From an uncultured Acidobacteriota bacterium (GTDB taxonomy: Bacteria > Actinomycetota > Acidimicrobiia > Spongiisociales > ZC4RG35), in assembly GCA_963725075.1 (NCBI GenBank), contig CAVRXA010000003.1:2485-66484 (forward strand): a DNA stretch of 64,000 nt, in the 5' to 3' direction. The stretch's first letter is position 1; each line of letters opens with the position of its first letter. The translations under genes and the position numbers were made by a program. Of the stretch, positions 28,730-40,520 are shown piece after piece. Under the pieces are notes generated by a model. The model was not told the DNA's origin and searched no databases. It worked only from the letters and a program-made list of their open reading frames with translations.

Positions 28730-30066
28730 GTGTCGATCGTGCCTGAGGTCAAATTCACTCGCTCCGGGACGGTCGACCTCGCCTATCAGGTCTATGGGGA
28801 GGGTCCGCTCGACATCCTGTTGATGATCGGATGGGTCTCGCACCTAGAGGTTCTCTGGGAGCTGCCCGAATGCCGGCGATTTCTCGAGCGCTACGCGGCG
28901 ATGGGACGGGTTGCCCTGTTCGACAAGAGGGGCACCGGTCTCTCCGACCGACCGTCGACCGAGGCCAGCACCGACGAGATGGTGCCCGACGTCCTCTCGG
29001 TCATGGACGCCGTCGGGATGGAGCGGGCTGCCCTCGTGGGCTGGACCGATGCCGCGGCGATCGCTATGACCGTGGCGGCCACGCACCCACAGCGGGTGTC
29101 CGCCCTTGTGTTGGGCGAGGTGCTCGCCACTTCGACCCCTGATGAGGACCATCCCTGGGGCCCCGACCCCGAGGCGTTCGAGACGGTGGCAGGAGTGATC
29201 GAGCAGGGGATGTGGGGCCAGGCCATCCTCCTTCCACTGATCGCCCCTTCGGTGACGGATGATGAGCGGATCGTGAGCTGGTTTCGCAAGCTGGAGCGGA
29301 TGTCGGCCACTCCCAGCATGGCGGCCAGTCTGATGCGACGAATGCTGGAGATCGACTTGCGCCCGCTGCTGTCGTCGGTGACGGCACCCGCCCTACTACT
29401 GCACAGGAAGGATGCTCCCTTCATCCCGGCCGAGGGGATGCACTGGCTGGCGGAGCATCTGCCCAACGGCCAATACGTCGAGGTACCGGGCGACGAGACA
29501 CCGGGTTTCCTCGGCGACGTGGATGGTCTCATGGACGAGATCGAGGAGTTCCTCGTTGGCACGAGGGTCGGGAGCGGCGGTCGACCGGCGGGTGGCCACT
29601 GTCCTGTTCAGCGACGTGGTCGGCTCGACCGAGCGCGCGGCAGGAGTGGGGGATCGGGTGTGGAGCGGTCTGCTGGAGAGTCATCGGGCTGAGGCTCGTC
29701 GTCTCGCTGACGCGATACGGCGGCAGGGAGATGAACACCGCCGGGGACGGCTTCCTCATCGTCTTCGAGAGCCCGACACCCGCCATCGAGTGCGCGTTGG
29801 CGATGTGCGAGGCGAGCCGGAGCGCCGGTCTGGAGATCCGCGTCGGTCTACACAGTGGCGAGGTGGTGTTCGAGAGCGGAGACGTGACTGGGATGGCAGT
29901 CCACATCGGCGCCCGTGTGTCCGCCCTCGCATCGCCCGGAGAAGTGCTGGTGTCCCAGACCGTGCGTGACATGGTGATCGGCTCACGATTCGTGTTCGAG
30001 TCACGGGGCCGGCACGAGCTCAAAGGTGTGCCCGGGGCGTGGGATCTCTACCGGGTGGTGGGCTGA
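28730..30066 (+). CDS. Alpha/beta hydrolase-class III adenylate/guanylate cyclase fusion (Rv1900c/LipJ-like; two frameshifts)
   Basis: [20 protein letters not shown]; then [36 protein letters not shown]. Confidence 0.88.
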
Positions 30067-30146
30067 CTCCGCGAGGGCGATTTCGCTCACCCGGCAAGGG
30101 CCAACGCCGCTCGGTATCGTGGCGAGACCGCTCGACCGAGGAAGCA

Positions 30147-31589
30147 ATGACGCAAACCGCAATGAAGACCCTGGCCAATTTCTACGGTGGTGAGCAGCAG
30201 GCCCCGCTCGATGGGGCGACGATGCCGGTGGTCAACCCGGCCACTGAGGAGCAATATGCCTCGGCCCCGCTCTCGTCGGCCGCCGATGTCGATGCGGCTT
30301 GTCGGGCGGCAGCGGATGCCTTCCCTGGGTGGCGCGATGCCACCCCGTCGGAGCGGAGTCTCGCCCTGCTTCGCATCGCCGACGCGCTGGAGGCCAATGC
30401 CGATGAGCTGACCAGGATCGAGGTCGAGAACACCGGGAAGCCGTTCGGGTTGACTTTGTCCGAGGAGATCCCTCCGGCGGTCGACCAGATCCGCTTTTTC
30501 GCCGGCGCGGCCCGTCATCTCGACGGTCTCTCGGCCGGTGAGTACATGAGCGGGCATACCTCGATGATCCGGCGTGAGCCTTTAGGTGTCTGCGCTCAGG
30601 TAGCGCCGTGGAACTACCCGCTGATGATGGCTGTCTGGAAGTTCGCCCCGGCGCTGGCTGCGGGGAACACAGTCGTCCTCAAGCCCTCGGACACCACCCC
30701 GGCATCGACCCTGAGGCTGGCCGAGTTGGCAGCCGAGTTCCTCCCGCCCGGGGTGTTGAACGTTGTCGCCGGTGACCGGGACACCGGGCGCGCGCTCGTC
30801 TCCCACCCGATTCCCGCCCTCGTCTCGGTGACAGGGAGCATTCGCGCCGGAAAGGAAGTGGCGGCCGCCGCCTCGAGCGATCTGAAGCGGGTGCATCTCG
30901 AGTTGGGAGGAAAGGCTCCCGTCATCGTCTTCGACGACGCAGATGCCGAAGCGGCCGCCGAAGGCATCGCCGGCGCAGGCTATTTCAACGCTGGTCAGGA
31001 TTGCACCGCCGCCTCGCGGGTGTTGGTCGGTAGCCGTATCCACGACGACTTCGTATCGGCGCTGGCAGAAAGGGCCAACGAGACCACGACCGGGGATCCG
31101 TACGACGATGGCACCGACTACGGGCCGCTCAACAACCCGGATCAGCTCGACCGGGTCAGCGGGCTGTTGGAGCGCGCCCCCGGGCACATCGAGGTTGTCG
31201 CCGGTGGCAGCCGTCTCGACCGGTCTGGCTGGTTCATGGAGCCGACGGTCCTCAGCGGGCTGACCCAGGAGGACGAGATGAGCCAGGAGGAGATCTTCGG
31301 CCCGGTCATCACGGTGCAACCTTTCGACGACGAGCAGGCCGCGCTGGACTGGGCCAACGGTGTCAAGTACGGGCTCGCCTCCAGTGTCTGGACCAAGGAC
31401 CACGGCCGGGCGATGCGCATGGCCAAGTACCTCGATTACGGAGCAGTGTGGATCAATACCCACATCCCGCTCGTGGCCGAGATGCCGCATGGAGGTTTCA
31501 AGCAGTCCGGGTACGGCAAGGACCTGTCCATCTACGCCCTTCACGACTACACCCGGATCAAGCACGTCATGTCATACATCGGTGATTGA
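30147..31589 (+). CDS. Gamma-aminobutyraldehyde dehydrogenase (PatD/Prr-like)
   Basis: [58 protein letters not shown]. Confidence 0.85.
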   Translation: MTQTAMKTLANFYGGEQQAPLDGATMPVVNPATEEQYASAPLSSAADVDAACRAAADAFPGWRDATPSERSLALLRIADALEANADELTRIEVENTGKPFGLTLSEEIPPAVDQIRFFAGAARHLDGLSAGEYMSGHTSMIRREPLGVCAQVAPWNYPLMMAVWKFAPALAAGNTVVLKPSDTTPASTLRLAELAAEFLPPGVLNVVAGDRDTGRALVSHPIPALVSVTGSIRAGKEVAAAASSDLKRVHLELGGKAPVIVFDDADAEAAAEGIAGAGYFNAGQDCTAASRVLVGSRIHDDFVSALAERANETTTGDPYDDGTDYGPLNNPDQLDRVSGLLERAPGHIEVVAGGSRLDRSGWFMEPTVLSGLTQEDEMSQEEIFGPVITVQPFDDEQAALDWANGVKYGLASSVWTKDHGRAMRMAKYLDYGAVWINTHIPLVAEMPHGGFKQSGYGKDLSIYALHDYTRIKHVMSYIGD

Positions 31590-31617
31590 GGGCGCCGGCG
31601 AAAAAATCGGCACAGAC

Positions 31618-31653
31618 GGTCGATCTCGGGTAGGCAGTTTCGTAGTAGGGGTA
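31618..31653 (+). promoter_or_regulatory. Putative ECF42-type promoter
   Basis: GGTCGA...TTCGTAGTAGGGGT resembles the ECF42 TGTCGA / CG-containing -10 motif upstream of yciI. Confidence 0.5.
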
Positions 31654-31689
31654 TGAGAGGGCAAGACGCCCGATCGGAAAGGAACTCTC

Positions 31690-32040
31690 ATGACCAAGTA
31701 CCTGCTGTCGGTCTTCATGGACGAGGGCCAGGAGGAACCTCCTGCCGACGTGATCGAGAAGATGTACGCCGATGTCGATGTCGTGAATGCAGAGCTCCAG
31801 CAAGCCGGTGCCTGGGTATTCGCCGGGGGTTTGCACCCAGCCGACACCGCCACCGTCGTCGATGCGGGCAGTGGCGAGGTCGTGGTCACCGACGGCCCAT
31901 ATGCCGAGACCAAAGAGCAGATCGGTGGCTTCTGGGTCATCGAGGCCAAGGATCTCGACGAAGCCCTGGAATGGGCCGGCAAGGCAACTGTCGCCTGTCA
32001 GGGCGCGATCGAGGTGCGACCCTTCCAGGACGACACCTGA
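31690..32040 (+). CDS. YciI/DGPF family protein
   Basis: TDGPYAETKEQIGGFW..IEVRP. Confidence 0.92.
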   Translation: MTKYLLSVFMDEGQEEPPADVIEKMYADVDVVNAELQQAGAWVFAGGLHPADTATVVDAGSGEVVVTDGPYAETKEQIGGFWVIEAKDLDEALEWAGKATVACQGAIEVRPFQDDT

Positions 32041-32047
32041 GTCGACA

Positions 32048-33274
32048 TTGCCCGGTGTCGAGCTGGCCGTCGTCGACCGCACCTTCCGTGAGGAATCCGG
32101 CAAGGCCATCGCCACGCTGATCCGCCTCTTCGGTGACATCGATGTAGCCGAGGAGGCGGTTCAGGATGCCTTCCTGGTGGCAACGGAGAAATGGCCGGAG
32201 ACGGGGCTGCCACCCAACCCCGGAGGCTGGATCGTCACCACGGCTCGAAATCGCGCCATCGACAAGCTGAGGCGAGAGTCGAGTCGAGAGGAGCGCCATG
32301 CGCATGCAGTCGAACTACAAGCTCAATCCGAGGCCGATCCCGTCGAGGGCCCGGTGAGCGACGACCGGCTCCGACTCATCTTCACCTGTTGTCACCCTGC
32401 GCTCGACACCTCGTCCGCTGTGGCACTGACCCTTCGTCTGCTCGGTGGTCTGCAGACTCCCGAAATCGCACGAGCCTTCCTCGTCCCCGAACCCACCATG
32501 GCGCAGCGCATGGTCAGGGCGAAGCGGAAGATCAAGGCGGCCAACATCCCATATCGGATTCCCGCCGATGCGGACCTGCCCGACCGTCTGGGATCGGTGC
32601 TGACCGTCGTTTACCTCATATACAACGAGGGCTATGCCGCCTCCAGCGGCGACGAGTTGTTACGGGCCGATCTTGCCCTCGAGGCCTTGAGACTTGCCCG
32701 TCTGCTCGCGGATTTGATGCCCGACGAGCCGGAGGCGCTTGGACTCCTCGCCCTGCTGCTCCTCTCCGAGTCGCGTCGTCGGGCCCGAACCGACTCGGAC
32801 GGTTCGATGGTGCTTCTCGCCGACCAGGACCGAAGCCTCTGGGACCGAGCACTCATCGACGAAGGCCAGGCGCTGGTCAAGGCCTGTTTGCGAAGGAACC
32901 GGCCCGGTCCGTTCCAGATCCAGGCTGCGATCGCAGCGGTTCACAGCGATGCAGCGGATGCCCACGACACCGACTGGGACCAGATCCTCCAGTTGTACGA
33001 CATGCTCATGGTGCAGGCACCGACGCCGGTAGTCGCCCTCAACCGAGCGGTGGCTGTTGCCGAGGTCCAAGGCGATTCCGATGCCCTCTCATTGCTCGAC
33101 GACATGGATCTCGATCGCTATTACCTCTACCACGCCACACGGGCCGAGCTCCTGCGGCGGCTGGGTGAGGTCGATGCGGCGGACGATGCCTACGACGAGG
33201 CGCTCGCTCTCGTCTCCAACGAGGTGGAGCGGCGATTCCTGGAGCAGCGGCGCAGGGTCAACTCGTCTCCGTAG
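32048..33274 (+). CDS. ECF42-type sigma factor with C-terminal TPR extension
   Basis: AEEAVQDAF, DDRLRLIFTCCHPAL, LADQDRSLW, TDW.QI..LY; follows the DGPF gene. Confidence 0.9.
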   Translation: MPGVELAVVDRTFREESGKAIATLIRLFGDIDVAEEAVQDAFLVATEKWPETGLPPNPGGWIVTTARNRAIDKLRRESSREERHAHAVELQAQSEADPVEGPVSDDRLRLIFTCCHPALDTSSAVALTLRLLGGLQTPEIARAFLVPEPTMAQRMVRAKRKIKAANIPYRIPADADLPDRLGSVLTVVYLIYNEGYAASSGDELLRADLALEALRLARLLADLMPDEPEALGLLALLLLSESRRRARTDSDGSMVLLADQDRSLWDRALIDEGQALVKACLRRNRPGPFQIQAAIAAVHSDAADAHDTDWDQILQLYDMLMVQAPTPVVALNRAVAVAEVQGDSDALSLLDDMDLDRYYLYHATRAELLRRLGEVDAADDAYDEALALVSNEVERRFLEQRRRVNSSP

Positions 33275-34292
33275 GCGCCGGCCCGGTCGACCGGCGGGCA
33301 ACCAGCGTCGGTGTCAGCTTGATGGAGACAGGTACCGAATCATCGGTGTCTTCGAGGACCTCGAGCATGAGATCCGCCGCCCTCACACCTATCTGATAGT
33401 GCGGGATCTGCACGGTGGTGAGCGGGGGAGAGAGCTTGTCGGCGAAGGGCATGTCGTTGTAGCCGACTACGGAAACATCGCCACCGATCGACCGACCCGT
33501 GTCGCCGAGCACGTCGTAGCAGCCGATGGCGATCAGATCGTTGGCGGCGATGACCGCGGTGAAATCGGCGCGGCGGTCGAGGATCGCCCAGAAGGCCTTG
33601 GCCCCCGGATCTTCGTGGTACCAATCGGCGAAGCTCACCAGGTCGGGGTCCACGTCGAGGCCCATGATCTTCATCCAGGCGACAAAACCCTGATAACGGT
33701 CCAGACCGGTGGAGAGATGCTGGGGCCCTCCGACATGGGCGATCCTGGTGTGACCCAGTTCGACGAGATGACGCACCGCGAGGCCGATGCCGGCGTGGTC
33801 GTCGGTTGTCACCGAGGGGACCTTCTGATCATCGACCGTCCGGTTCACCAGCACTAGTGGCAGCCCGGACTCGACTAGCTCGTCGATCGCCGGGGTGCTG
33901 CGGTGGGCGGTGGCCAGGATCAACCCGTCCACGCGGCGATTCATCATCGACGCAATGAGCTGGCCCTCACGCTCGGCGTCGTTGTCGGTGTTGCCAAGGA
34001 TGAGCGTGTAGTCGGCCGTCCCCAACACGTCCTCGACGCCCCGGACAATGGGTGGGAACAGCGGGTTGGTCAGATCGGGGAGAAGCATGCCTATCGAAAA
34101 GGTCTTGTTCGTCTTGAGCCCTCTGGCCATGGAGTTCGGGCGGTAGCCGAGGTCGCGGGCGGCCAGCGTGACCCGTTCGATGGTCCCCTCGTTGACCAGG
34201 TCGCGGGTTGACGGGTTCAGTGCGCGCGACGCAGTGGAGGGATGGACTCCTGCCTTGTCGGCGACCTCCCGGAGTGTCACGGCTCTCTGCAT
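33258..34292 (-). CDS. LacI family transcriptional regulator
   Basis: TLREVADKAGVHPSTASRALN, LGYRPN..ARGL, SVVGYND, PPLTTV. Confidence 0.95.
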   Translation of the reverse strand: MQRAVTLREVADKAGVHPSTASRALNPSTRDLVNEGTIERVTLAARDLGYRPNSMARGLKTNKTFSIGMLLPDLTNPLFPPIVRGVEDVLGTADYTLILGNTDNDAEREGQLIASMMNRRVDGLILATAHRSTPAIDELVESGLPLVLVNRTVDDQKVPSVTTDDHAGIGLAVRHLVELGHTRIAHVGGPQHLSTGLDRYQGFVAWMKIMGLDVDPDLVSFADWYHEDPGAKAFWAILDRRADFTAVIAANDLIAIGCYDVLGDTGRSIGGDVSVVGYNDMPFADKLSPPLTTVQIPHYQIGVRAADLMLEVLEDTDDSVPVSIKLTPTLVARRSTGPAPTETS

Positions 34293-34298
34293 GCCGGG

Positions 34299-34316
34299 AG
34301 TCTACAAACGAGTGCT
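34299..34316 (-). promoter_or_regulatory. lacI promoter -10 (TAGACT) with overlapping LacI-type operator
   Basis: CTACAAACGAGTGCT at 34302-34316; the minus-strand TAGACT lies 6 nt before the ATG. Confidence 0.6.
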
Positions 34317-34324
34317 GGTGCCGG

Positions 34325-35560
34325 TCAGGGCCTGAGGTCGAGGTATTCCCGGTCGAGCTCTTTGACCGTCCGACACCCGATAAGCGACATGGTCCGTCTC
34401 ATGTCGCTCGCCAAGAGATCGAGGACATGATCCACGCCGGCCTCTCCCGCAGCCCCCAGCCCGTACAGGTATGCACGGCCCGCCATGCAGGCAGTTGCCC
34501 CGAGGGCCAGCGCCTTGACGATGTCGCTGCCTCGGCGGACTCCACCATCGCAGATGATCTCGATTCGGTTCCCGACCGCGTCGACGACGTCGGGAAGAAG
34601 GTCGAGGGGGGCGGGCGCGGAGTCGAGCTGACGGCCACCGTGATTGGAGAGGGCGATGGCTTCGAGTCCCTCGTCGGCGGCGATCCTGGCGTCGTCGACA
34701 GTCTGGATGCCCTTGATGACGATGGGGCCGTTCCACCGTGCCCTCAGCCATTCGACGTCGCTCCAGGACAGGCCCGGGTCGAACTGATTGCTGACGTACT
34801 CGGCAAGGGCAACCGTCTCCCCGCCTTCCCCGACACTCCGCCCGGCGACGTTGGCGAAGACGATCGGGTCGTTCGTCAAGAATTGCCACGTCCAGCCGGG
34901 ATGGACGATGCCGTCCAGGATCGTGGACAGGCCGAGCTTCGGGGGCAACGTGAAGCCGCGTCTCACATCCCGCTCCCTCTTGCCGAACACTGCCGTGTCG
35001 ACAGTGAGACACAGTGCCTCGTAACCGGAGTCCGCTGCCCGCTGCACCATCTCTGCAACCAGGCCTCGATCCTTCCACACGTACACCTGGAACCACAGCC
35101 GCCCCGAACTGACCGCCGCCACCTCCTCGATCGACCGGGTCCCCAGGGTCGAGAGCGAATAAGGAAGCCCGGCGCGCTGGGCGGCTCTTGCCACCGCCAG
35201 CTCACCGGCCGGGTCAGCGATGCGGGTGAAGCCGGTGGGTGCGAGGACCAGGGGGTAGGGGAGGGGCTTGCCGAGAAGGGACGAGGAGGTGTCGACTTCG
35301 CTCACATCCCTGAGAACGCGGGGACGGAACGTCATGCGGCGATAAGCCTCGGAATTGGACCTAAGCGCAAGCTCGTCTTCGGCGCCGCCGTCGATGTAGT
35401 CGAAGACTCCCCGGGGAAGTCGGCGCTTGGCGATGGCGCGGAGATCAGCCACCGAGACGCCCTTGCGCAATCTCCTCTTCGTGGGGCTCAGCTCGAGACC
35501 CCGGAACCGGAGCCCACGGAGCGATCCGAACCAGGCTTTCCTCGGCGTCTGAGGCTGCAT
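34325..35560 (-). CDS. lldD: FMN-dependent alpha-hydroxy acid (L-lactate) dehydrogenase
   Basis: FDYIDGGA, LAPTG, WFQVY, SNHGGRQLD, DGGVRRGSD; divergent from the rhamnose operon. Confidence 0.85.
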   Translation of the reverse strand: MQPQTPRKAWFGSLRGLRFRGLELSPTKRRLRKGVSVADLRAIAKRRLPRGVFDYIDGGAEDELALRSNSEAYRRMTFRPRVLRDVSEVDTSSSLLGKPLPYPLVLAPTGFTRIADPAGELAVARAAQRAGLPYSLSTLGTRSIEEVAAVSSGRLWFQVYVWKDRGLVAEMVQRAADSGYEALCLTVDTAVFGKRERDVRRGFTLPPKLGLSTILDGIVHPGWTWQFLTNDPIVFANVAGRSVGEGGETVALAEYVSNQFDPGLSWSDVEWLRARWNGPIVIKGIQTVDDARIAADEGLEAIALSNHGGRQLDSAPAPLDLLPDVVDAVGNRIEIICDGGVRRGSDIVKALALGATACMAGRAYLYGLGAAGEAGVDHVLDLLASDMRRTMSLIGCRTVKELDREYLDLRP

Positions 35561-35662
35561 GGCCAAACACGGTAGTTGGGCCGACACCCCGTTATCTAGT
35601 GTGATATGTTACATAAGTGAACGTGCCCTAGCGGCCCGTTGACTTCATTGGAGGAAGCTGGT

Positions 35663-37157
35663 TTGAGCGAACCCCGGCCGGTCATAGAGATCAACGGTGT
35701 GTCCAAGCGCTTCGACGCCACGCAGGCTCTGTCCGAAGTCTCCCTCTCCCTCCTCCCCGGGGAGATCCACTCACTCGTCGGCGAGAACGGAGCCGGCAAG
35801 TCGACTCTGATCAAGATCATGACCGGTCTCTACCCTGCCGACTCCGGGGAGATGACCCTCGGGGGCGAGCCGTTTGCCCCACGCAAGCTCGGCCGACGCC
35901 CAGCGTCAGGGCATCGCCGCCATCTATCAAGAGCCATCGGTCTTTCCCGACCTCAGCGTGGCGGAGAACATCTTCATCGGGCATCAGGACCGAGGCTTGG
36001 TCGTGGATCGGCCCACGATGCAGCGGGAGGCGGCGGAGATCCTTGCCACCCTGGACATCGATATCGATCCTCGTTTGCCTGCCGCGGGACTGACCGTCGC
36101 CGGCCAGCAGGCGGTGGAGATCGCAAAGGCGATCTCTTTGGATGTGCGGGTCTTGATCATGGACGAGCCCACGGCGGCGCTCTCGGCCCATGAAGTGGAC
36201 CGCCTGTTCCGCCAGGTGAGAAAGCTCAAGGAGTCCGGGGTGGCGGTCCTTTTCATCACCCACCGACTCGAGGAGTTGTTCACGATCGCGGACCGAATCT
36301 CCGTGTTCCGCGATGGCAAGCACATCTCGACGCGTCCCGCACCCGAGGTCACCGAAGACTCATTGGTGCGAGAAATGGTTGGCCGCGATCCGGCGGAATT
36401 CTTCGCCAGGGGTGAGCACCCCGAAGGCGAAGTCGTGTTGAAGGTCGACTCGCTCGGCCTGGAAGGGGTGTTCTCCGACGTCTCTTTCGAGCTCCGCCGC
36501 GGCGAGGTCCTCGGCTTCGCGGGGTTGGTCGGGGCCGGGAGAACCGACATCGCCCTCTCGCTGTTCGGAGTGGCTCCTGCCGACCAGGGAACTGTGGAGC
36601 TCGAGGGTCAACTCGTTGACATTCGCTCGCCTCAACAAGCACTCGCCAGCGGGATTGCCTACCTCTCCGAGGACCGACGCCGGTTGGGCCTCTCCTTGGA
36701 GCAATCGCTCGTGGCGAACCTGACCCTGGCGACTCTCGATCGGTATACAGGGGCGTTCGGGCTGATCGATCGCGATCTCGAGCGCGAGGACGCTGAAGCG
36801 CTGAGGAAGCGGCTCGGAATCAAGGCGCCAAGCCTGTCCACGCCGGTGAGTCAGCTCTCCGGGGGCAATCAGCAGAAGACGATGCTCGCCAAATGGCTGA
36901 ATGCGAATCCCAAGGTGTTGATCCTTGACGAGCCGACCCGGGGCATCGACGTCGGTGCCAAGGCTGACGTCCACAAATTCATCGATGAGCTCGCAACATC
37001 GGGGATCGCAATCATCCTCATCTCCTCGGACCTCCCCGAAGTGATCGCCATGAGCGATCGGGTGGCGGTGATGCGGGAGGGAAGGCTCATCGGGATCTAC
37101 CCCCGCCGGGAGGCGACGCAGGAGCGAATAATGGCGGCAGCGGTCGGCGCTCGATGA
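35663..37157 (+). CDS. Rhamnose ABC transporter ATP-binding protein (frameshift ~35880)
   Basis: [17 protein letters not shown], second domain [20 protein letters not shown]. Confidence 0.9.
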
Positions 37158-38257
37158 GCCAGGCGCCAGCCCCCAGCGCACCTGAGCGAAGCTCGATGTT
37201 CCTTCGTCCGGAGCGGGTGAAGGAGGCCAGCCTCCTTGGGATCATCCTGGTCACGATCGTGCTGTTCGCATTCCTCATCGAGGGCTACCTCGGTGGTCGC
37301 TTCTTCAACCGGCTCACTACCAGCATCGTGATCGTCGCCATCCTCGCCGCGGGTCAGGCTCTGGTGATCTTCAGCCGCAACATCGATCTGTCTGTCGGTT
37401 CGATCGTCGGGGTCGCCGCCTATCTGACCGGCGACTTTCTCGGCTCGACTGGCACCGGGCCGGTGATAGGGATACTCATCGCGATGCTGGTGGGCGCGGT
37501 ACTCGGGTCGGTCAATGGCCTTCTAGTGGCTTACGGGCGGGTCCCTGCGATCATCGTCACCCTGGGCACGCTCGCCCTCTTCCGAACCCTGCTCGGCGTC
37601 TATTCCGGCGGGGCGAACATCAATGCGGCGTCTCTGCCCGACTGGGTACTCGAGTTCAACAACGTCACACTTTTCTCGATCGCAGGGTTCGACATCCGCC
37701 TGGTCTTCGTGATTGCCCTGTTAGTGGTTGTGGTCTTGCAGTGGTCCCTGGGGAGACTGCGGTGGGGGAGGCGGATCTACGCCATCGGCTCCAATCCGGC
37801 TGCGGCCGCGCAAGCCGGGTTGCCCACTTCGTCACTCGTCTTCTGGTCGTTCGTCGGCTGTGGTGCCCTGGCCGGGCTCGCGGGGTTCATGTTCATGGCC
37901 CGCGCGGGCACGATCAGTGCCACCGCCGGCGCCGGCTTGGAGTTGGAGTCGGTGGCGGCTGCGGTCGTCGGCGGGGTGAGCATCCTCGGCGGCTCGGGGA
38001 CGATGTTCGGGGCCTTCCTCGGCGCGGTCCTGATCGACACCTTGAAGCTCAGCCTGGTGAGGGTCCCTGAGGTGAGCGAGTTCTGGCGTGATGCCCTGCT
38101 CGGGATCTTGATCCTGGCCGCGGTGATCCTCGACATCACGCTCCAAAAACGCTTCAACCGGCGCTGGTCTGCACAGGCGCGTAAGGCGATGGAAGGCGGC
38201 GCACCGACTGCAGTTGGTATGGCGCAGATGGCCGGGGGAGGGGCTGGCGATGCGTGA
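37154..38257 (+). CDS. Rhamnose ABC transporter permease
   Basis: [34 protein letters not shown]. Confidence 0.9.
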   Translation: MSQAPAPSAPERSSMFLRPERVKEASLLGIILVTIVLFAFLIEGYLGGRFFNRLTTSIVIVAILAAGQALVIFSRNIDLSVGSIVGVAAYLTGDFLGSTGTGPVIGILIAMLVGAVLGSVNGLLVAYGRVPAIIVTLGTLALFRTLLGVYSGGANINAASLPDWVLEFNNVTLFSIAGFDIRLVFVIALLVVVVLQWSLGRLRWGRRIYAIGSNPAAAAQAGLPTSSLVFWSFVGCGALAGLAGFMFMARAGTISATAGAGLELESVAAAVVGGVSILGGSGTMFGAFLGAVLIDTLKLSLVRVPEVSEFWRDALLGILILAAVILDITLQKRFNRRWSAQARKAMEGGAPTAVGMAQMAGGGAGDA

Positions 38258-39236
38258 GTGGGCCAGGAAGCACCGGTGGGAGTCGATCCTGTTTTTCATA
38301 CTGTTGGCGACAATCGTCGTCAACGTCGCTCTCTCGCCGTTCTATCTCGGCCTGGGCAATTTCATCAACCTGTTCTGGTTGTCGATCGAGAAGATCATCG
38401 TCGTCGTGGTGATGACCTTCGTGATCATCAACGGTGAGATCGATCTGTCCGTGGCGTCGGTGATGGGTTTCGCCGCGGCGACGATGGCCACGCTCTATGC
38501 AGGTGGCGAGGTGCCGTTCGCCGTCGCCATCCTCATCGGGCTCGCTGTCGGAGCCCTCGCCGGCCTGCTCCAGGGGCTCGTTGTGACCAGGTTCGGCCTC
38601 CCCTCGCTGGTGGTGACCCTCGCCGGCCTCATCGGGTTCCGTGGCGCGGCTCGAGTGCTTCTCGAAGACCGCTCTGTGGGTGATTTCCCCGGATGGTTCG
38701 ACCGGCTCGGCCAGCAGACCCTGCTCGGCCCTATGCCGTTGGCCCTTTTGATCTTCGGCGTGGGGTTGGCCATCGCCTGGATCCTGTTGGAGCGAAGCGC
38801 CTTCGGCCGCAAGGTCTACGTGATCGGCAACAGCGCCGACGTGGCCCGCTTCTCGGGGATCGAGGTCGGTTCCGTCAAGCTTCGCCTGTTCGTGGCGTCG
38901 GGAACGGTGGCGGCCCTGGCGGGGGTCATGTTCGCGGCCAGGCTCGGCTCGGTGCGGGGAAGCCTCGGTGAGACCTTCGAGTTGGACATCATCACCATGG
39001 TCCTCCTCGGAGGAGTGAGCGTCTTCGGTGGCTCCGGATCGATGCTGGGCGTCGTGCTCGCCATATTCACAGTTCTCAACATCCGCAATGGGCTAGGACT
39101 GGCCAACGTCGACGGGATCACCCAGACCGGGGTAATCGGGTTGCTGCTGATCGGATCGGTCCTTGTCCCCAATCTCGCCCGGAGGTATCGCCTCCGTCGC
39201 CCCGCTCCCGAGGCGATTGCACATGGTCCCCCTTGA
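38250..39236 (+). CDS. Rhamnose ABC transporter permease
   Basis: [28 protein letters not shown]. Confidence 0.9.
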   Translation: MREWARKHRWESILFFILLATIVVNVALSPFYLGLGNFINLFWLSIEKIIVVVVMTFVIINGEIDLSVASVMGFAAATMATLYAGGEVPFAVAILIGLAVGALAGLLQGLVVTRFGLPSLVVTLAGLIGFRGAARVLLEDRSVGDFPGWFDRLGQQTLLGPMPLALLIFGVGLAIAWILLERSAFGRKVYVIGNSADVARFSGIEVGSVKLRLFVASGTVAALAGVMFAARLGSVRGSLGETFELDIITMVLLGGVSVFGGSGSMLGVVLAIFTVLNIRNGLGLANVDGITQTGVIGLLLIGSVLVPNLARRYRLRRPAPEAIAHGPP

Positions 39237-39311
39237 CGATGACCGAACGGAGGTAGCAAACCACTCATATCGATGAAAACCGAACACCACAACACGAGGA
39301 GGAAAGGGAAA

Positions 39312-40481
39312 GTGAAAGCAATCAAGCGACGCGGCCGGGTTTTGGCCCCGCTAGTGGTCGTCGCGCTCATTGTCGCCGCCTGTGGCGGAGACACCGGTGA
39401 CACCACGACTACCGCTGGTGAGGCGACCACGACAGCGGCTGAGGCCACGACCACGGTCGCAGCCGAGACGACCACGTCGGCCGCCGCAGATACGACCACG
39501 TCGGCGGCTGCGAGCGAGGCGGTGGAGATCACCGCAGGCGACTCGATCACGTCGACCTTCTTGCCGAAGTGCACCAACATCGCCGTGTTCCCCCAAGCCT
39601 TCGAGGGCTCCCAGGAGGCGGCGGCCGAGCTCGGATCCGCTGACGCGGAGTTCGTCGGCCCGGCCGACTGTGGCGATGCCACGGGGCAGATCGAGTTCAT
39701 GTCCACGGCTGTGACCCAGGGCGTGCAGGCGATCATGGTCTCGAACAACGCTGGGGACGAGTTGGCCCCATCGGCCGAGGCGGCCGCGGAGGCCGGGATC
39801 CCGGTCGTGTCATGGGACTCTCCGATCCCGTCAGCCGCGGGTGAGAGCGTGTTCGTGGCGCAGGTCGACTTCGACGAGACCGGAGTGGTCATGGCGGACA
39901 TGGCTCTGTCGATCCTCGGTGACGACGGTGGCGAGTTCGCCATTCTCTCGGCCACCCCCGAGGCAGCGAACCAGAACGCCTGGATCGCGGCCATGGAGGA
40001 AGCGTTGGCCGCGGACGCCAAGTACGCCAACCTGGTGCTGGTCGACACGGTCTACGGCAACGACGTTGCCGAAGACTCGGTGACGGCGGCGTTGGGACTG
40101 GTCGACTCGCACCCGGACCTGGAGCTGATCATGGCTCCGACCACGGTCGGAATCGTGGCGGCTGCTCAGGCAATGACCCAAGAGGGCCTCTGTGACCAGG
40201 TCAAGGTATCGGGTCTGGGACTCCCAGCCGAGATGGCCGAGTACGTCGAGAGCGGCTGCGCTCCCGAGTTCGCATTGTGGAGCTTCGTGGATCTGGGCTA
40301 TCTGGCCTATTACGTGGCATACGGCCTCGCCACGGAGCAGATCGCGGCTGAGGACGGGCAGGCCTTCGTAGCCGGGCGGATGGGTGAGTACACGATCACC
40401 GCCGACCCGACACGTGATGCCGGCCTCCGTGTCCTAATGGGCCCCTTCAGCGTCTACAACGCTGAGAACCCAGGGACCTGA
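39312..40481 (+). CDS. Rhamnose ABC transporter substrate-binding lipoprotein
   Basis: Lipobox VAAC, T/A linker, NQNAWI, VYGND, APTTVGI, GLGLP, FALW. Confidence 0.88.
   Translation: MKAIKRRGRVLAPLVVVALIVAACGGDTGDTTTTAGEATTTAAEATTTVAAETTTSAAADTTTSAAASEAVEITAGDSITSTFLPKCTNIAVFPQAFEGSQEAAAELGSADAEFVGPADCGDATGQIEFMSTAVTQGVQAIMVSNNAGDELAPSAEAAAEAGIPVVSWDSPIPSAAGESVFVAQVDFDETGVVMADMALSILGDDGGEFAILSATPEAANQNAWIAAMEEALAADAKYANLVLVDTVYGNDVAEDSVTAALGLVDSHPDLELIMAPTTVGIVAAAQAMTQEGLCDQVKVSGLGLPAEMAEYVESGCAPEFALWSFVDLGYLAYYVAYGLATEQIAAEDGQAFVAGRMGEYTITADPTRDAGLRVLMGPFSVYNAENPGT
39400..39515 (+). repeat. Degenerate tandem repeats encoding a TTT(A/S)AA linker
   Basis: Five imperfect units of about 21-24 bp ([38 protein letters not shown]). 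Confidence 0.7.
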
Positions 40482-40491
40482 GTCTGTGGTT

Positions 40492-40520
40492 CCGCCCGGG
40501 CCTGTCATAGGCCCGGGCGG
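40492..40520 (+). terminator. GC-rich hairpin after the binding-protein gene (terminator or mRNA stabiliser)
   Basis: CCGCCCGGGCCT-GTCAT-AGGCCCGGGCGG perfect 12-bp stem with no U tract. Confidence 0.55.

Noticed and set aside
34325-35560. Alpha-hydroxy acid oxidase as mycofactocin MftD
   Set aside because: No mftABC nearby; rhamnose-derived lactate is the simpler explanation.
39400-39515. Short repeats that might suggest a CRISPR array
   Set aside because: In-frame degenerate coding repeats with no spacers and no cas genes.
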